Shown piece by piece: positions 1 through 12,330 of a stretch of DNA of 58,291 nt. Origin of the DNA: Gemmatimonadales bacterium. GTDB lineage: Bacteria; Gemmatimonadota; Gemmatimonadetes; Gemmatimonadales; GWC2-71-9. A program made the position numbers and the translations under genes. The notes beneath the pieces are model-generated. The model did not search any database and was not told the DNA's origin. It saw only the letters and a list, made by a program, of their open reading frames with translations. How positions within the stretch are numbered: the first letter of the stretch is position 1; each line of letters begins with the position of its first letter. The DNA is taken from the NCBI GenBank assembly GCA_038321865.1, contig JBBQFH010000018.1:1-58291 (forward strand). Reading direction: 5' to 3'.

Positions 1-552
1 CGGCACGATACGACGATCACCGCGTCGGGGAAGAGTCTGCGGATCTATTCGGTCTACTACCACAATTCGTCGCTGGTCGCCCGGGTTGGCGACCGCGTCA
101 CCGCGGGGCAGCTGATCAGCCACGTCGGGAACACCGGGCGCGCCACGAACGACCATCTCCACCTGGAGATCCACGCCTCGCCGACCGATTCGATCGGCGC
201 GATCGTGGACTCGCTGAACAAGTTCCCGGGCTATACCACCAATCCGGAGCTCTGGATCGAGCCGTTGCCCGAGACGGGAATCGTCGCCGGACAGGTATTC
301 GACTCGGCCGGCAAGGCCGTCCTCCAGGCCCGGATCTACGGGCTCCGGAAGCCGCTGCCGGCGGAAACGCCATTTTCGTATGCCGAGACGTATGGCGACC
401 GGGCCCACTCGCACCCGCTGTACGGCGAGCACTTCGCCGTGAGCGACGTACCGGCCGGGACGTACGTGATCGGCACGCAGATCGGAAAGCGGAAGGTGTA
501 TCGCCGCATTCGCGTCGAGGCCGGCAAGGTGACGTGGGTGGTCTTCCGCTGA
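1..552 (+). CDS. M23 family metallopeptidase (5'-truncated by window edge)
   Basis: Frame 1 is open from base 1: ...YSVYYHNSSLVARVGDRVTAGQLISHVGNTGRATNDHLHLEI..., the classic M23 V..GDrV..GQ.I..VGnTG...HLH pattern with the HxH zinc motif; followed by a carboxypeptidase-regulatory-like beta domain. Confidence 0.8.
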   Translation, partial: RHDTTITASGKSLRIYSVYYHNSSLVARVGDRVTAGQLISHVGNTGRATNDHLHLEIHASPTDSIGAIVDSLNKFPGYTTNPELWIEPLPETGIVAGQVFDSAGKAVLQARIYGLRKPLPAETPFSYAETYGDRAHSHPLYGEHFAVSDVPAGTYVIGTQIGKRKVYRRIRVEAGKVTWVVFR

Positions 553-562
553 AGCAGCGCTG

Positions 563-1192
563 ATGTTCATCGAGCTGGCCGATCACCTGCGCTGTCCGGC
601 CGAGCATCCGGAAGGGATCCTGGTCCTGCTTCCGGACCGGGTCGAGGAACGATCAGTGCGGGAAGGGCAACTCGGCTGCCCCGTGTGTGGCAGCTCCTTC
701 CGGATAAGCGACGGTGAGTTCGACTGCGGCGGGACGTCGCCCGAGCTGACCGAGATCGCCCCAGGCGAATCGGACGTGCTCGATGGCGCCGGAGTGGCGG
801 CGCTGGCCGGCCTGGGCGGACCCGGCGGGTACCTGGTCCTCGTGGGAGAGGTGGGACGCTCGAGCGACGGTGTGCGAGAGGCGCTGCCCGGCGTCGCGCT
901 GGTCACCGTGAACCCGCCGCCCGGTGTGCGCGATGCCGGCCAGTTGAGTGTCTTGCGGGGCGGCCGTCTCGCGCTCAAGTCCAGCTCGATGCGCGGTGTA
1001 GTGCTTGGAAGTGGCTACGCGGGGGACGCCGGGTGGGCGCGCGAGGCGTTGCGGGTCACGCTCGCAGGCCTGCGGGTGGTGGGGCGCGGCCGGCCACCGT
1101 CGCTTCCCGACCTCGAGATCATCGCCAGCGCGGGTGGCTGGTGGGTCGGCTCCAAGGTTCGGAACCGGATGCAGCCCTCACGTCAGGTCTGA
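563..1192 (+). CDS. Hypothetical protein with N-terminal Trm112-like zinc knuckle and possible degenerate SAM-fold C-terminus
   Basis: LRCP...EGQLGCPVCGSSFRISDG resembles the Trm112/YcaR pattern; ATG 10 nt after the upstream stop. Confidence 0.5.
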   Translation: MFIELADHLRCPAEHPEGILVLLPDRVEERSVREGQLGCPVCGSSFRISDGEFDCGGTSPELTEIAPGESDVLDGAGVAALAGLGGPGGYLVLVGEVGRSSDGVREALPGVALVTVNPPPGVRDAGQLSVLRGGRLALKSSSMRGVVLGSGYAGDAGWAREALRVTLAGLRVVGRGRPPSLPDLEIIASAGGWWVGSKVRNRMQPSRQV

Positions 1193-3016
1193 GATCGCAT
1201 ATCCCGCCGTGTCGGTTTCGGCATACAGCTGGTCGATCCGGGCCAGATTGTTGTGCTCGACCACGCGGCGGCGCACCGACAGCTTCGGGGTGAGCTCTCC
1301 GCTCTCGATCGTGAAGTCCTGGGGGATCAGCAGCAGCTTTTTCGGCATCTCGAAGTGCGCCAGCTCCCGCAGCGTATCCTGGACTTCCCGCTCCATCTTC
1401 AGCCGGACCTCGGGCCCCGCCAGCAACGACGCATTGTCGACGTAGGCCAGCCCCTGCTGGCCGGCCCAGGTCCTGAGGTTGTCGAAATTGGGCACGATGA
1501 GCATGATCGGGAACTTGCGCTTGTCTCCGAGCATCACCGCGTTGGACACGAACTTGTTGCTCTTCACGAGATTCTCGATCGGCTGCGGCGCGATGTTCTT
1601 CCCGCCCGCCGTCACGATGATATCCTTTTTCCGGTCGGTGATCTTCAGGAAGCCGTCCGAATCGATCACCCCGATGTCTCCGGTGTGAAACCACCCGTCC
1701 GGATCGATCGCCTCAGCCGTCGCTTCCGGCTTCCGGTAATATCCCTTCATCACGTGCGGGCCGCGCGTCAGAATCTCCCCGTCGGGCGCGATGCGCACTT
1801 CGACGCCCGGTAGGGTCCGGCCCACCGTCCCGAACTTGAGGGCATCGATCGTATTCACCGTGATGACCGGTGACGTCTCGGTGAGCCCGTATCCCTCGAG
1901 GATCGGCAGCCCCGCCGCATAGAAGAACTTGGCGATGTCCGCCGCGAGCGGGGCTCCGCCGGAGCAGAAGAACCGGAGCCGGCCGCCCATGCGCGCATGC
2001 AGCTTTGAGAACACCAGCTTGTGAGCCAGCCGGTATCGCGCGGCGAGTCCGCGAGGCACGGGGCGCTTGGCCAGCCGGTATTCCGCCCAGCGTTCGCCGG
2101 TCCGCTTGGCCCAGAAAAAAATCCGCTTCTTGAGCCCAGATCCGGAAAGCGCGCCGTCGAGCACTCGGGCGTAGATCTTCTCGTACAGCCGCGGGACACT
2201 GAGCACCACGGTAGGCCGGCGATCCACGATATCCGCGGTGACGGTGTCGATGCTGACCGCGTAGTTGATGATCGATCCGGCGGCGAACATCGCGTAGTGT
2301 CCCGCCATGCGTTCGAAGATGTGGGACAGCGGAAGGAACGACAGGCACTCGTCCTGATCGCCGAGGTCCAGCACCTTGAGCCCCGCCGTGACGTTCGAGG
2401 CGATGTTCCCGTGCGTGAGCATCACGCCCTTCGGATCACCGGTCGTGCCGGAGGTGTAGACCAGTGTGGCGAGATCGTCGGGCTGCACCTGAAGGGCCTC
2501 GGCGCGCCAGCCCGGATAGCGGTCCAGGGCGGCGCGGCCGAGCTGCTGCAGGTCGTCGAGCGTGAGCACGCCGTCGCGTGGTTCCGCCTGCTCGAACAGG
2601 ATGACGGTGCGGAGCTCCGGCAGCCGCGCCCGGATCTCCATCACCTTGTCGAGCTGGTTACGCGCTGAGATGAAGACGGCCGCGCTGCCGGAGTCGCGGA
2701 GGATGTACTCGATCTGTTTCGGCGGGAGCGTCGGGTAGATCGGCACGTCGGCGGCGCGGATCGCGAGGCACGCGTAATCGGCGATGGCCCATTCGGGGCG
2801 GTTCTCGCTCAGAATGGCGACCCGGTCTCCGGCGCTGATGCCGAGCTCGCGGAGTCCCGCCGCCGTCGCCTGCACCCGCTCGAGCAGGTCGTGGTAGCTG
2901 ATATCGGTCCAGGTGCCGCCGAGCTTCGTCCGCAGCGCCGCCGGCCGGGCCGCGAATGTGTCCATCGCGCCGAAGAAGAGCTCGTTGAGTGTCGCGGGCG
3001 CGGCCGGATGCTTCAT
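1178..3016 (-). CDS. fadD: Long-chain fatty acid-CoA ligase (AMP-dependent synthetase)
   Basis: AMP-binding motifs YTSGTTGDPKGVMLTH, EGYGLTET, GWFHTGDIG, ITDRKKD; 612 aa. Confidence 0.9.
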   Translation of the reverse strand: MKHPAAPATLNELFFGAMDTFAARPAALRTKLGGTWTDISYHDLLERVQATAAGLRELGISAGDRVAILSENRPEWAIADYACLAIRAADVPIYPTLPPKQIEYILRDSGSAAVFISARNQLDKVMEIRARLPELRTVILFEQAEPRDGVLTLDDLQQLGRAALDRYPGWRAEALQVQPDDLATLVYTSGTTGDPKGVMLTHGNIASNVTAGLKVLDLGDQDECLSFLPLSHIFERMAGHYAMFAAGSIINYAVSIDTVTADIVDRRPTVVLSVPRLYEKIYARVLDGALSGSGLKKRIFFWAKRTGERWAEYRLAKRPVPRGLAARYRLAHKLVFSKLHARMGGRLRFFCSGGAPLAADIAKFFYAAGLPILEGYGLTETSPVITVNTIDALKFGTVGRTLPGVEVRIAPDGEILTRGPHVMKGYYRKPEATAEAIDPDGWFHTGDIGVIDSDGFLKITDRKKDIIVTAGGKNIAPQPIENLVKSNKFVSNAVMLGDKRKFPIMLIVPNFDNLRTWAGQQGLAYVDNASLLAGPEVRLKMEREVQDTLRELAHFEMPKKLLLIPQDFTIESGELTPKLSVRRRVVEHNNLARIDQLYAETDTAGYAISDLT

Positions 3017-3708
3017 TGAAACGTCACCGCAAAGGTCTGACCGGATCCGGCGATGGGCGTTCCGCTCGGATGCAGCGCGCGGACCTCCACCGATGCGGAT
3101 GCCGGGGCGCTGACGCCGGCGACGCGATCGAGCGTGACCGGTGTGACCGGCGTCCCGTCGGCCGCTGTCAGCACCGTGTCAGCCAGTGCGCCGTTGGGGA
3201 ACTGGATCGTTCGGGCGGCCGGGTCGGCAAATGCGGGCGCGGAGATGCTGAAGATGATGCGGTGGCCCGCTAACGAGTCGGGGGCGGGCCCGATGAGCCG
3301 GACCGCCAGCGCCGGTGAGGAAGTGGCTCCAGGAGCTACGGTGACGGCCGCTCCCGAGGGGAGCGCGAGCGAATCGGCGCGGCCGAGCACCGTGAACGTC
3401 AGGAAGTCGGAGACCAGCGTGCCCTCGGCCGCCTGGACCCGTCCGGTGGTTCCGGCGATGCGTCCGGTGATCTGGCCAGTTCCAGCGACCACCCCGATCG
3501 TGGTGTCGGGCGTGAGCCAACTGATGCCGGCGGCAACCGGGGCGCCGCTTCGGTCGAGGGCGACGGCCGACAGCACGACGGTGTCACCGACCTCGACCTG
3601 GAGCCGGCTCGGCAGCTTGACGTCGAGCGCAACGACGCCGTCACCCGAGTCCGTCAGGCTGCTGCACGCGCAGGTGGCCGCTGCGAGCAGCGGCAGCACG
3701 AGCCTCAC
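3013..3708 (-). CDS. Putative lipoprotein with Ig-like (Big) domains
   Basis: GTG start at 3708 overlaps the TPR gene stop (GTGA); signal and lipobox-like LLAAATCAC; beta-rich VGDTVVLSAVALDRSG..ISW pattern typical of bacterial Ig domains. Confidence 0.6.
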   Translation of the reverse strand: MRLVLPLLAAATCACSSLTDSGDGVVALDVKLPSRLQVEVGDTVVLSAVALDRSGAPVAAGISWLTPDTTIGVVAGTGQITGRIAGTTGRVQAAEGTLVSDFLTFTVLGRADSLALPSGAAVTVAPGATSSPALAVRLIGPAPDSLAGHRIIFSISAPAFADPAARTIQFPNGALADTVLTAADGTPVTPVTLDRVAGVSAPASASVEVRALHPSGTPIAGSGQTFAVTFQ

Positions 3709-4148
3709 GAGGTCTCCGGTGCCGGGGCGGTGGCGATCTCCTGCAGCGCGGTTTCGGCATGGCGCACCCACCGGTCGGCATCCGCCCCCTTGGGCGGCCG
3801 GGACAGGAAGGCCCGCAAATGCTCCGCCGCCTGCAGGGTGTCACCCCGCTTCAGCAGCAAAAACGCCACACCGTAGTGCGCGCCCCCGAGCGAGTTGTCG
3901 AGCTCGAGGGCGCGTTTGTAGTGCCGGATCGCCTCGTCCGGCTGGCCGGTCTTGGTGAAGGCGATCGCCATGTTGAGCAGAATGCGCGAGTCGGTTGGAT
4001 TGTCGCGAAACGCGAGCCGGTACGAGGTCAGGGCGGCCTCGTAGTCGCCCTGACGCTCGAGCGCGAGCCCCTCGTTGAGGTAGTCGAGGCGCTTGGGCTG
4101 AAGGCTTTCGGTCGGTGCTTGGCCGAGCAGGCGTCGCCAGATGCTCAT
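3705..4148 (-). CDS. Tetratricopeptide repeat protein
   Basis: Three TPR-like units (GLALERQGDYEAALTSYRLA; AIAFTKTGQPDEAIRHYKRALEL; AFLLLKRGDTLQAAEHL). Confidence 0.85.
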   Translation of the reverse strand: MSIWRRLLGQAPTESLQPKRLDYLNEGLALERQGDYEAALTSYRLAFRDNPTDSRILLNMAIAFTKTGQPDEAIRHYKRALELDNSLGGAHYGVAFLLLKRGDTLQAAEHLRAFLSRPPKGADADRWVRHAETALQEIATAPAPETS

Positions 4149-4334
4149 GAGGACGGAGGGTTCCCCGCGCGGAAGGTCAACGGATTACGTGAGATAGGTC
4201 GGTCGTCATAACATAGTCCGCGCCTCGGCGGGCCGCAACGCAGCCGCATCACTCGGGTGGTCGGTTGCCGGGGGTGGAGGCCATGCGTAGGTTCCGACGT
4301 CGGCCCCCGGGGCCGCACCTGAGGAAGGCGACGA

Positions 4335-4841
4335 ATGCGACGCAGCGCGACCGGCGGACCGCGGGGTGTGATGGAGGTGGACTGGCCGTTCTTCGGCGAG
4401 CTGTGCCGTGCCCTGGCTCTCCGTGTGGCCCATGAGTACGAGCCGGAAGTCGTGCTCGGCGTCGCCAAGGCCGGGGTGATCCCGGGCGTCGTCGTCGCGT
4501 CCATACTCCAGTGTGAGTTCGCCTCGATGGTGGTGACGCGCCGGGAGGCCGATGAAGACCCGGTCCTGGTATCCGGGCCGCCCGCCACGGTCCGCGGTCG
4601 ACGGGTCCTCATCGTCGACGAGACCTGCGATACGGGCAGCACGCTCAGGCTCGCGCTCAGCGAGGTCCGCGCGCTCGCGCCCGCCGAGGTCCGGACGGCG
4701 GTGTCGTTCAAGACGGGGGACTTCACGCCCGACTACCACGCCTTCGCCACTGAGAGCTTCATCATCCTGCCCTGGGATCGCGAAGTCATTCAGGCCGGCG
4801 AACTGGTCGTGCGCCCGGATTACGCTGCCCGTCTCGGATAG
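4335..4841 (+). CDS. Type I phosphoribosyltransferase
   Basis: PRPP-binding loop RVLIVDETCDTGSTL, VLGVAKAG, C-terminal ILPWD; GAGGAAGG RBS. Confidence 0.85.
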   Translation: MRRSATGGPRGVMEVDWPFFGELCRALALRVAHEYEPEVVLGVAKAGVIPGVVVASILQCEFASMVVTRREADEDPVLVSGPPATVRGRRVLIVDETCDTGSTLRLALSEVRALAPAEVRTAVSFKTGDFTPDYHAFATESFIILPWDREVIQAGELVVRPDYAARLG

Positions 4842-4854
4842 GCCGGCCCGCGCC

Positions 4855-4881
4855 TGCAACCTTCCGGCCGCCGGCTCCATC
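4855..4881 (+). promoter_or_regulatory. Candidate ECF sigma promoter (TGCAAC-N17-CATC)
   Basis: AAC-type -35 and CATC -10 at 17-nt spacing, 32 nt before the DUF4097 start; resembles the element at 47827. Confidence 0.35.
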
Positions 4882-4913
4882 CAATGCTTCGACCCCGACC
4901 TCTCGGAGCAATC

Positions 4914-5966
4914 GTGCCGCCACGCTATCGCTGGTCTCTCGCCGCCGCCGTCCTCGCCGTAGTCGTCCTCCGCCCCATCATTTCGCTGGACGCACAATCC
5001 AGCCGGTACACCCTCACCGGCAATGACCCCGCGGTGTACAACCTGGTTGGTCAGATGCGGGTGGAACCGGGCAGCGGATCCGACGTGGTCGTCGAGCTCA
5101 CGCGCCGCGGCGCGGACGGTGCGAAGCTTTCGATCGAAACCGGTCCCCTCAACGGGCGCGCCTCGCTGCGAGTGATCTATCCGGGCGATCGCATCGTCTA
5201 CGCGGCGTTCGGCAGGCGTTCGCAAACCCAGCTCCGCGTGCGGGACGACGGCACGTTCGAGGGTCGGGGCGGCAGGGAAGTGACGGTATCCGGCGACGGA
5301 TCCGGACTGGACGCGGCGGCCGACCTCAGGGTCCTGGTGCCGGCGGGGCACGCCGCATCGGTGAATCTGGCGGTCGGTCGCGTGACCGTGAGCAATGTGG
5401 ACGGGCGGCTCACCGTGGATGCATCCAGCGCCGATGTTGAGGCGAGCGGTACGCGCGGATGGATCTCCGTCGACGTGGGTTCCGGCAACGTCGGTGTCAC
5501 GGACGGCCAGGGTGATATCCACGTCGACACCGGTTCGGGTGACGTGACCCTGTCTGGTCTCCGAGGCAACGAGGTCACGATCGAGACCGGCTCAGGCAAT
5601 GTGACGGCCACGCGCCTGGGCGCCGCCACGCTGAGCGTGGAAACCGGATCGGGTGACGTTCACCTGACCGCGGTGTCGAGCGCGGACGCCAGGATCGAAA
5701 CGGGCAGCGGCAATATCGAGCTCGACGTGGACGGTACACTCCGGACATTTCGCGGCGAGACGGGCTCGGGAGATGTAACGATCCGGGCGCCGGCCTCGCT
5801 GAGCGCGGCCGTGGATATCGAGACGTCGAGTGGCGGGATCAGATCCGACTTCGACGTGGCGATCGCTCGGCGGGAGGAGGATCGGCTGGTGGGACGGATT
5901 GGAGACGGGCGGGGGCGGATCTCTATCGAAACCGGTTCAGGCGACGTGCGGCTGATCCGGAACTGA
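4914..5966 (+). CDS. DUF4097 (Toastrack / putative adhesin) beta-strand repeat protein, secreted
   Basis: About nine (V/I)(D/E)TGSG(D/N)(V/I)-like repeats; signal peptide; GTG at 4914 has a GGAG RBS (the ORF track starts at 4884). Confidence 0.85.
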   Translation: MPPRYRWSLAAAVLAVVVLRPIISLDAQSSRYTLTGNDPAVYNLVGQMRVEPGSGSDVVVELTRRGADGAKLSIETGPLNGRASLRVIYPGDRIVYAAFGRRSQTQLRVRDDGTFEGRGGREVTVSGDGSGLDAAADLRVLVPAGHAASVNLAVGRVTVSNVDGRLTVDASSADVEASGTRGWISVDVGSGNVGVTDGQGDIHVDTGSGDVTLSGLRGNEVTIETGSGNVTATRLGAATLSVETGSGDVHLTAVSSADARIETGSGNIELDVDGTLRTFRGETGSGDVTIRAPASLSAAVDIETSSGGIRSDFDVAIARREEDRLVGRIGDGRGRISIETGSGDVRLIRN

Positions 5967-6521
5967 TTCGAGGCCGAGCGCCTCGCCGTAGGCCATGCCC
6001 TGGGCCATCCGTTCGTAGACCAGCGCAAGGGTCTCGGGGGCGCCCGCCAGGAAGCGGCAGCGCGCGTCGCCACGGGAGCGGCACTCCACTTCCATGACCG
6101 CCACCAGCCCGTCGGACATCCGTCCGAGGAAATCGGCCAGCAACCCGCACGACAGGTGGCACGACGGATAGTCGGACCCGCTCTCCGACGCCTCGGCCCA
6201 CTCGATCGAGTCGAGTGCCAGCACCGACCCGCCGAGCGGGCGCGCGCTCAGCGCGCCCCAGCCGTACTCGGCGAAGAACCGGGACAGCACATCACCCAGA
6301 AACTGCGTGTCGAGCTCACCGGGCCGGGTCACCCCGTAGGTCTCTGCCAGCCAGGCGGCGTAGGCGTAGAACAACTCCTCGCCTCCAGCGAATCCGGCCT
6401 CCTGCAAATAGGCGGCGGCCTGTGCGCCGGTGTCGCGTTCCAGGCTGCTCCGCAGCTGCTGCAGCGCGCGGCGGCCGATGCCGATGCAGTGATGGGAGGC
6501 CAGGGCTGCGGGTGTCGTCAT
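5937..6521 (-). CDS. Stand-alone V4R (4-vinyl reductase) ligand-binding domain protein
   Basis: YGWG, PSCHLSCGLLADFL, EVECRSRGDARCRF motifs of V4R; ATG at 6521. Confidence 0.8.
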   Translation of the reverse strand: MTTPAALASHHCIGIGRRALQQLRSSLERDTGAQAAAYLQEAGFAGGEELFYAYAAWLAETYGVTRPGELDTQFLGDVLSRFFAEYGWGALSARPLGGSVLALDSIEWAEASESGSDYPSCHLSCGLLADFLGRMSDGLVAVMEVECRSRGDARCRFLAGAPETLALVYERMAQGMAYGEALGLESVPDQPHVA

Positions 6522-6549
6522 GTGCCTTGGGGGAAGAGGGTGAAGCAAC

Positions 6550-9353
<2,804 letters not shown>

Positions 9354-9558
9354 CTAGGCATCCGGATGGACAGGGATGCCGGAAGATAAGGCCGGTGGGC
9401 AGGGACGGAAGCGTTTGCAGGGTAACAGCTTCCGGTGTCGTAAACCGTGACGTGTCGAGAAGGTCTACAGCTGGCGAGCCGGCGTGCTTTGACGGTGGCG
9501 ACGCCTGGAGTAGGTTGGGGCAGGGGCAACTGCGCCCCTTACCGGCCCAGGAGGCCCG

Positions 9559-9894
9559 ATGATCGAGGACGAACAGATCGAAACGACGACGGACGATACG
9601 ACACGCGGCGGGAAGTCAGGCTCGGCCTCCGGCGCCGGCGGACTGCTCACCGGCATAGTGGTTGGCGCGCTGCTCGGCGCGACGATCGCGTTGCTGCTCG
9701 CCCCCGACAAGGGCCAGCGCACACGTCGCCGGCTCGGCCGGAAACTGCGCTCCGCCCGCGACGAGGCGATGGAACAGCTGGACGACGCCACCGGGCGCGC
9801 CCGCCGCGACCTGCTGAAGCGCCGCAAGCGACTCCGGAAGCAGCTGGAGCGCGGCTCCGGCCGCATGCGCGACCGGCTGGCCGATCTCCGGTGA
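9559..9894 (+). CDS. YtxH domain protein (general stress / gas-vesicle-like)
   Basis: GIVVGALLGATIALLLAPDKGQRTRRRL signature; CAGGAGG RBS. Confidence 0.85.
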   Translation: MIEDEQIETTTDDTTRGGKSGSASGAGGLLTGIVVGALLGATIALLLAPDKGQRTRRRLGRKLRSARDEAMEQLDDATGRARRDLLKRRKRLRKQLERGSGRMRDRLADLR

Positions 9895-9904
9895 CTGCAG
9901 GCGA

Positions 9905-10693
9905 TCAGGACGCGTTCTTGCGATTCCCGATCTTCTTCAGCATCTCCGCGGCCTCGATCTTGTACGTCGCGTCCATCGGATCGCCCAGTGGAAGCGCGTC
10001 GATCCGCTGCAGCTGCGTGCGGGCGTCGGAGTAGCGGCCGCGGTCCACGTACACTTCGGCCAGGTCGAGCCGGTGGTAGATGCGCCGCGGATTCAGCTCC
10101 ACCGCCTTCTCCATATTGCTCACCGCCCCTTCCCACGACGCCTGGTTGAAGACGTCGCCGCCGAGGAAGTTCTTGGCGAAGAACTTGGTCACGCCGTTAA
10201 GCCGCATGATCTCGGCATTCCAGCGGCCGAGCACGTGGTAGGCCCCGTCCTGACGCGGGTCCAGCTGGATTGCCTTCAGCGCTTCCGTGCGGATCTCGGC
10301 GGCGCGCTGCACGCGCTCCTTCTTGCCCTTGGTCAGCGACGCGCGCCCCACGGCGTTGGCCAGCGCGAAGTGGCCGTCGGCGCCCTGGGGATTCGCGGTG
10401 ACGGCGCGCCGGGCATAGACTTCGGCCAGGGCATACATCGAGTCGCGCGGCGCTGATTTCACGTTATCCGGCGTGGCCTTTCCCAGGTCGATCAGGGCCT
10501 GCGCGCCTTCCCAGTTGGCCCGGTAGCTCATGGAGTCCTGCGCCAGCGCGGCCTGGAAGTGCTTGAGCGCGGTCCCGGGATCGCGCGCCTCCCGGGCGGC
10601 CACCCCCATTGCCACGTGATCCGGGGAGCCCTGCGCAGCGAGCGGGATAGCGGCCATCAGACTGGCCGCGACGAACAGGATTGTAACACGCAT
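9905..10693 (-). CDS. Secreted TPR-like helical protein (RMDN/RMD-1-like)
   Basis: Signal peptide MRVTILFVAASLMAAIPLAAQ; TPR-like units ADGHFALANAVGR, AYHVLGRW, KAVELNP; CAGGAG RBS. Confidence 0.65.
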   Translation of the reverse strand: MRVTILFVAASLMAAIPLAAQGSPDHVAMGVAAREARDPGTALKHFQAALAQDSMSYRANWEGAQALIDLGKATPDNVKSAPRDSMYALAEVYARRAVTANPQGADGHFALANAVGRASLTKGKKERVQRAAEIRTEALKAIQLDPRQDGAYHVLGRWNAEIMRLNGVTKFFAKNFLGGDVFNQASWEGAVSNMEKAVELNPRRIYHRLDLAEVYVDRGRYSDARTQLQRIDALPLGDPMDATYKIEAAEMLKKIGNRKNAS

Positions 10694-10737
10694 GGCGGAC
10701 TCCTGAATCTGGGATAGACGCTCGCGGGGAGCGATGA

Positions 10738-12060
10738 ATGGTTGTTCCAAGACTGATCGAACGCAAGCGAGACGGTGGCAGCCTCAGCGACGCCGAGTGG
10801 CGCGAGCTGATCTTCGCCTACTCAGCAGGAGGCGTGCCGGACTACCAGATCGCCGCCCTGCTGATGGCGATCGTGTGGCGTGGGCTCGCGGCGGGGGAAC
10901 TGAGCGCCCTGACGCTGGCAATGATCGAATCGGGGGAGCGGCTCCGATGGGAGGGCCTGGACCGCCCCCTCGTGGACAAGCACTCGACCGGTGGGGTGGG
11001 AGACAAGACGTCGCTGTTGCTCGCGCCGATGCTCGCGGCGTGCGGCGTGGCCGTCCCGATGATGTCCGGGCGAGGACTGGGCCACACCGGCGGCACGCTC
11101 GACAAGCTCGAGGCGATCCCCGGATTCAGGACCGGGCTGTCGCTGCAGGAGACCACCGACCAGGTTCGCCGCATCGGGTGCGCGATGATCGGCCAGACAC
11201 CCGAAATCGCACCAGCCGACAAGCGGCTGTACGCCCTCCGCGACGTTACGGCCACGGTCGAGTCCATTCCGCTCATCGCCGCGAGCATCATGTCGAAGAA
11301 GCTGGCGGAAGGGCTCAACGGGCTGGTCCTCGACGTCAAGACCGGCAGCGGTGCGTTTCTGCCGACCGAGGAGCAGGCGATCGCGCTCGCCCGCACGATG
11401 ATCGGGCTCGGTGAAGCGCACGGCTGCAGGACCGTTGCACTGCTGACCGCGATGGACCGGCCCCTCGGCCGTGCCTGCGGCAATGCGCTCGAGGTCGAGG
11501 AATCGATCGCGGGACTCTCCGGCGAGGGGCCACCGGACCTGATGGAGGTGACCTACGCGCTGGGTGTGGAGATGCTCTTGACGGCGGGAATCGCGCCCGA
11601 TCCCGCGGATGCCCGCAGCCGGCTCGAGCGCGCGATCACCTCCGGCGCCGCCCGGGAGACATTCGGGCGGCTGATCGAGGCGCAGGGCGGCAATCCGGCA
11701 GTGATCGATGATCCCGGCGCCCTGCCGCAGGCGGACGTCATCGAAATCTTCACGGCACCTCGCGATGGTGTGGTGAGTCAGGTCGAGCCGCGCCGCATCG
11801 GCCGCGCGATCATCGAGCTCGGCGGCGGTCGCCAGGCCGTGGACGACGTCGTGGACCCGGCGGTGGGATTCGTGATCACCGCAAAACCCGGTGATGCGGT
11901 CCGCGCCGGCGAGCCGATCGCCTCCATTTACGCCCGCACGGCGTCCGCGGCCGACGGTGCCCGCGAGGCGCTGCGCCAGGCCATCGTGATCGCCGAGACC
12001 GGGAGTGCGGCACCACTGGTTTCGCATCGCATCACGGCCGAGGGGGTGACGGCGGTATGA
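10738..12060 (+). CDS. pdp: Pyrimidine-nucleoside / thymidine phosphorylase
   Basis: DKHSTGGVGDK, SGRGLGHTGGTLDKLE, APADKRLYALRDVTATV, SIMSKK motifs. Confidence 0.95.
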   Translation: MVVPRLIERKRDGGSLSDAEWRELIFAYSAGGVPDYQIAALLMAIVWRGLAAGELSALTLAMIESGERLRWEGLDRPLVDKHSTGGVGDKTSLLLAPMLAACGVAVPMMSGRGLGHTGGTLDKLEAIPGFRTGLSLQETTDQVRRIGCAMIGQTPEIAPADKRLYALRDVTATVESIPLIAASIMSKKLAEGLNGLVLDVKTGSGAFLPTEEQAIALARTMIGLGEAHGCRTVALLTAMDRPLGRACGNALEVEESIAGLSGEGPPDLMEVTYALGVEMLLTAGIAPDPADARSRLERAITSGAARETFGRLIEAQGGNPAVIDDPGALPQADVIEIFTAPRDGVVSQVEPRRIGRAIIELGGGRQAVDDVVDPAVGFVITAKPGDAVRAGEPIASIYARTASAADGAREALRQAIVIAETGSAAPLVSHRITAEGVTAV

Positions 12061-12287
12061 TCGGACCGCTGATCGGCCTGCTCGCGCTGCTGGCGCTCAC
12101 GGCCTGGCTCCTTCGCCGGCGCCGGGGTCATGCGTCCCACGGCGAAGGCGATGTGGACGAGGCAGAGCTCGAGGCCGCCGAACGCGAAGTACGTGACCTC
12201 GACAGCGCCGCCGATCCCGGTGAGGGCTTCGAGGGCGACGACTGGGGTCCCGGCACGCGCCGTCCCGGGTCGGCACGCCGACCTTGA
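12057..12287 (+). CDS. Small single-pass membrane protein with acidic tail
   Basis: ATGA overlap with pdp; hydrophobic N-terminus, RRRR stop-transfer, acidic C-terminus ending in GDDWGPG. Confidence 0.6.
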   Translation: MIGPLIGLLALLALTAWLLRRRRGHASHGEGDVDEAELEAAEREVRDLDSAADPGEGFEGDDWGPGTRRPGSARRP

Positions 12288-12330
12288 CGGCCTACCCGCC
12301 GCAACAGCGCTCCGGATACCTTTCCTCATC

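Noticed and set aside
5400..5960. Repeated GAxACCGGxTCxGG DNA motifs
   Set aside because: They encode the ETGSGDV beta-solenoid repeats of DUF4097 and are not an independent DNA repeat
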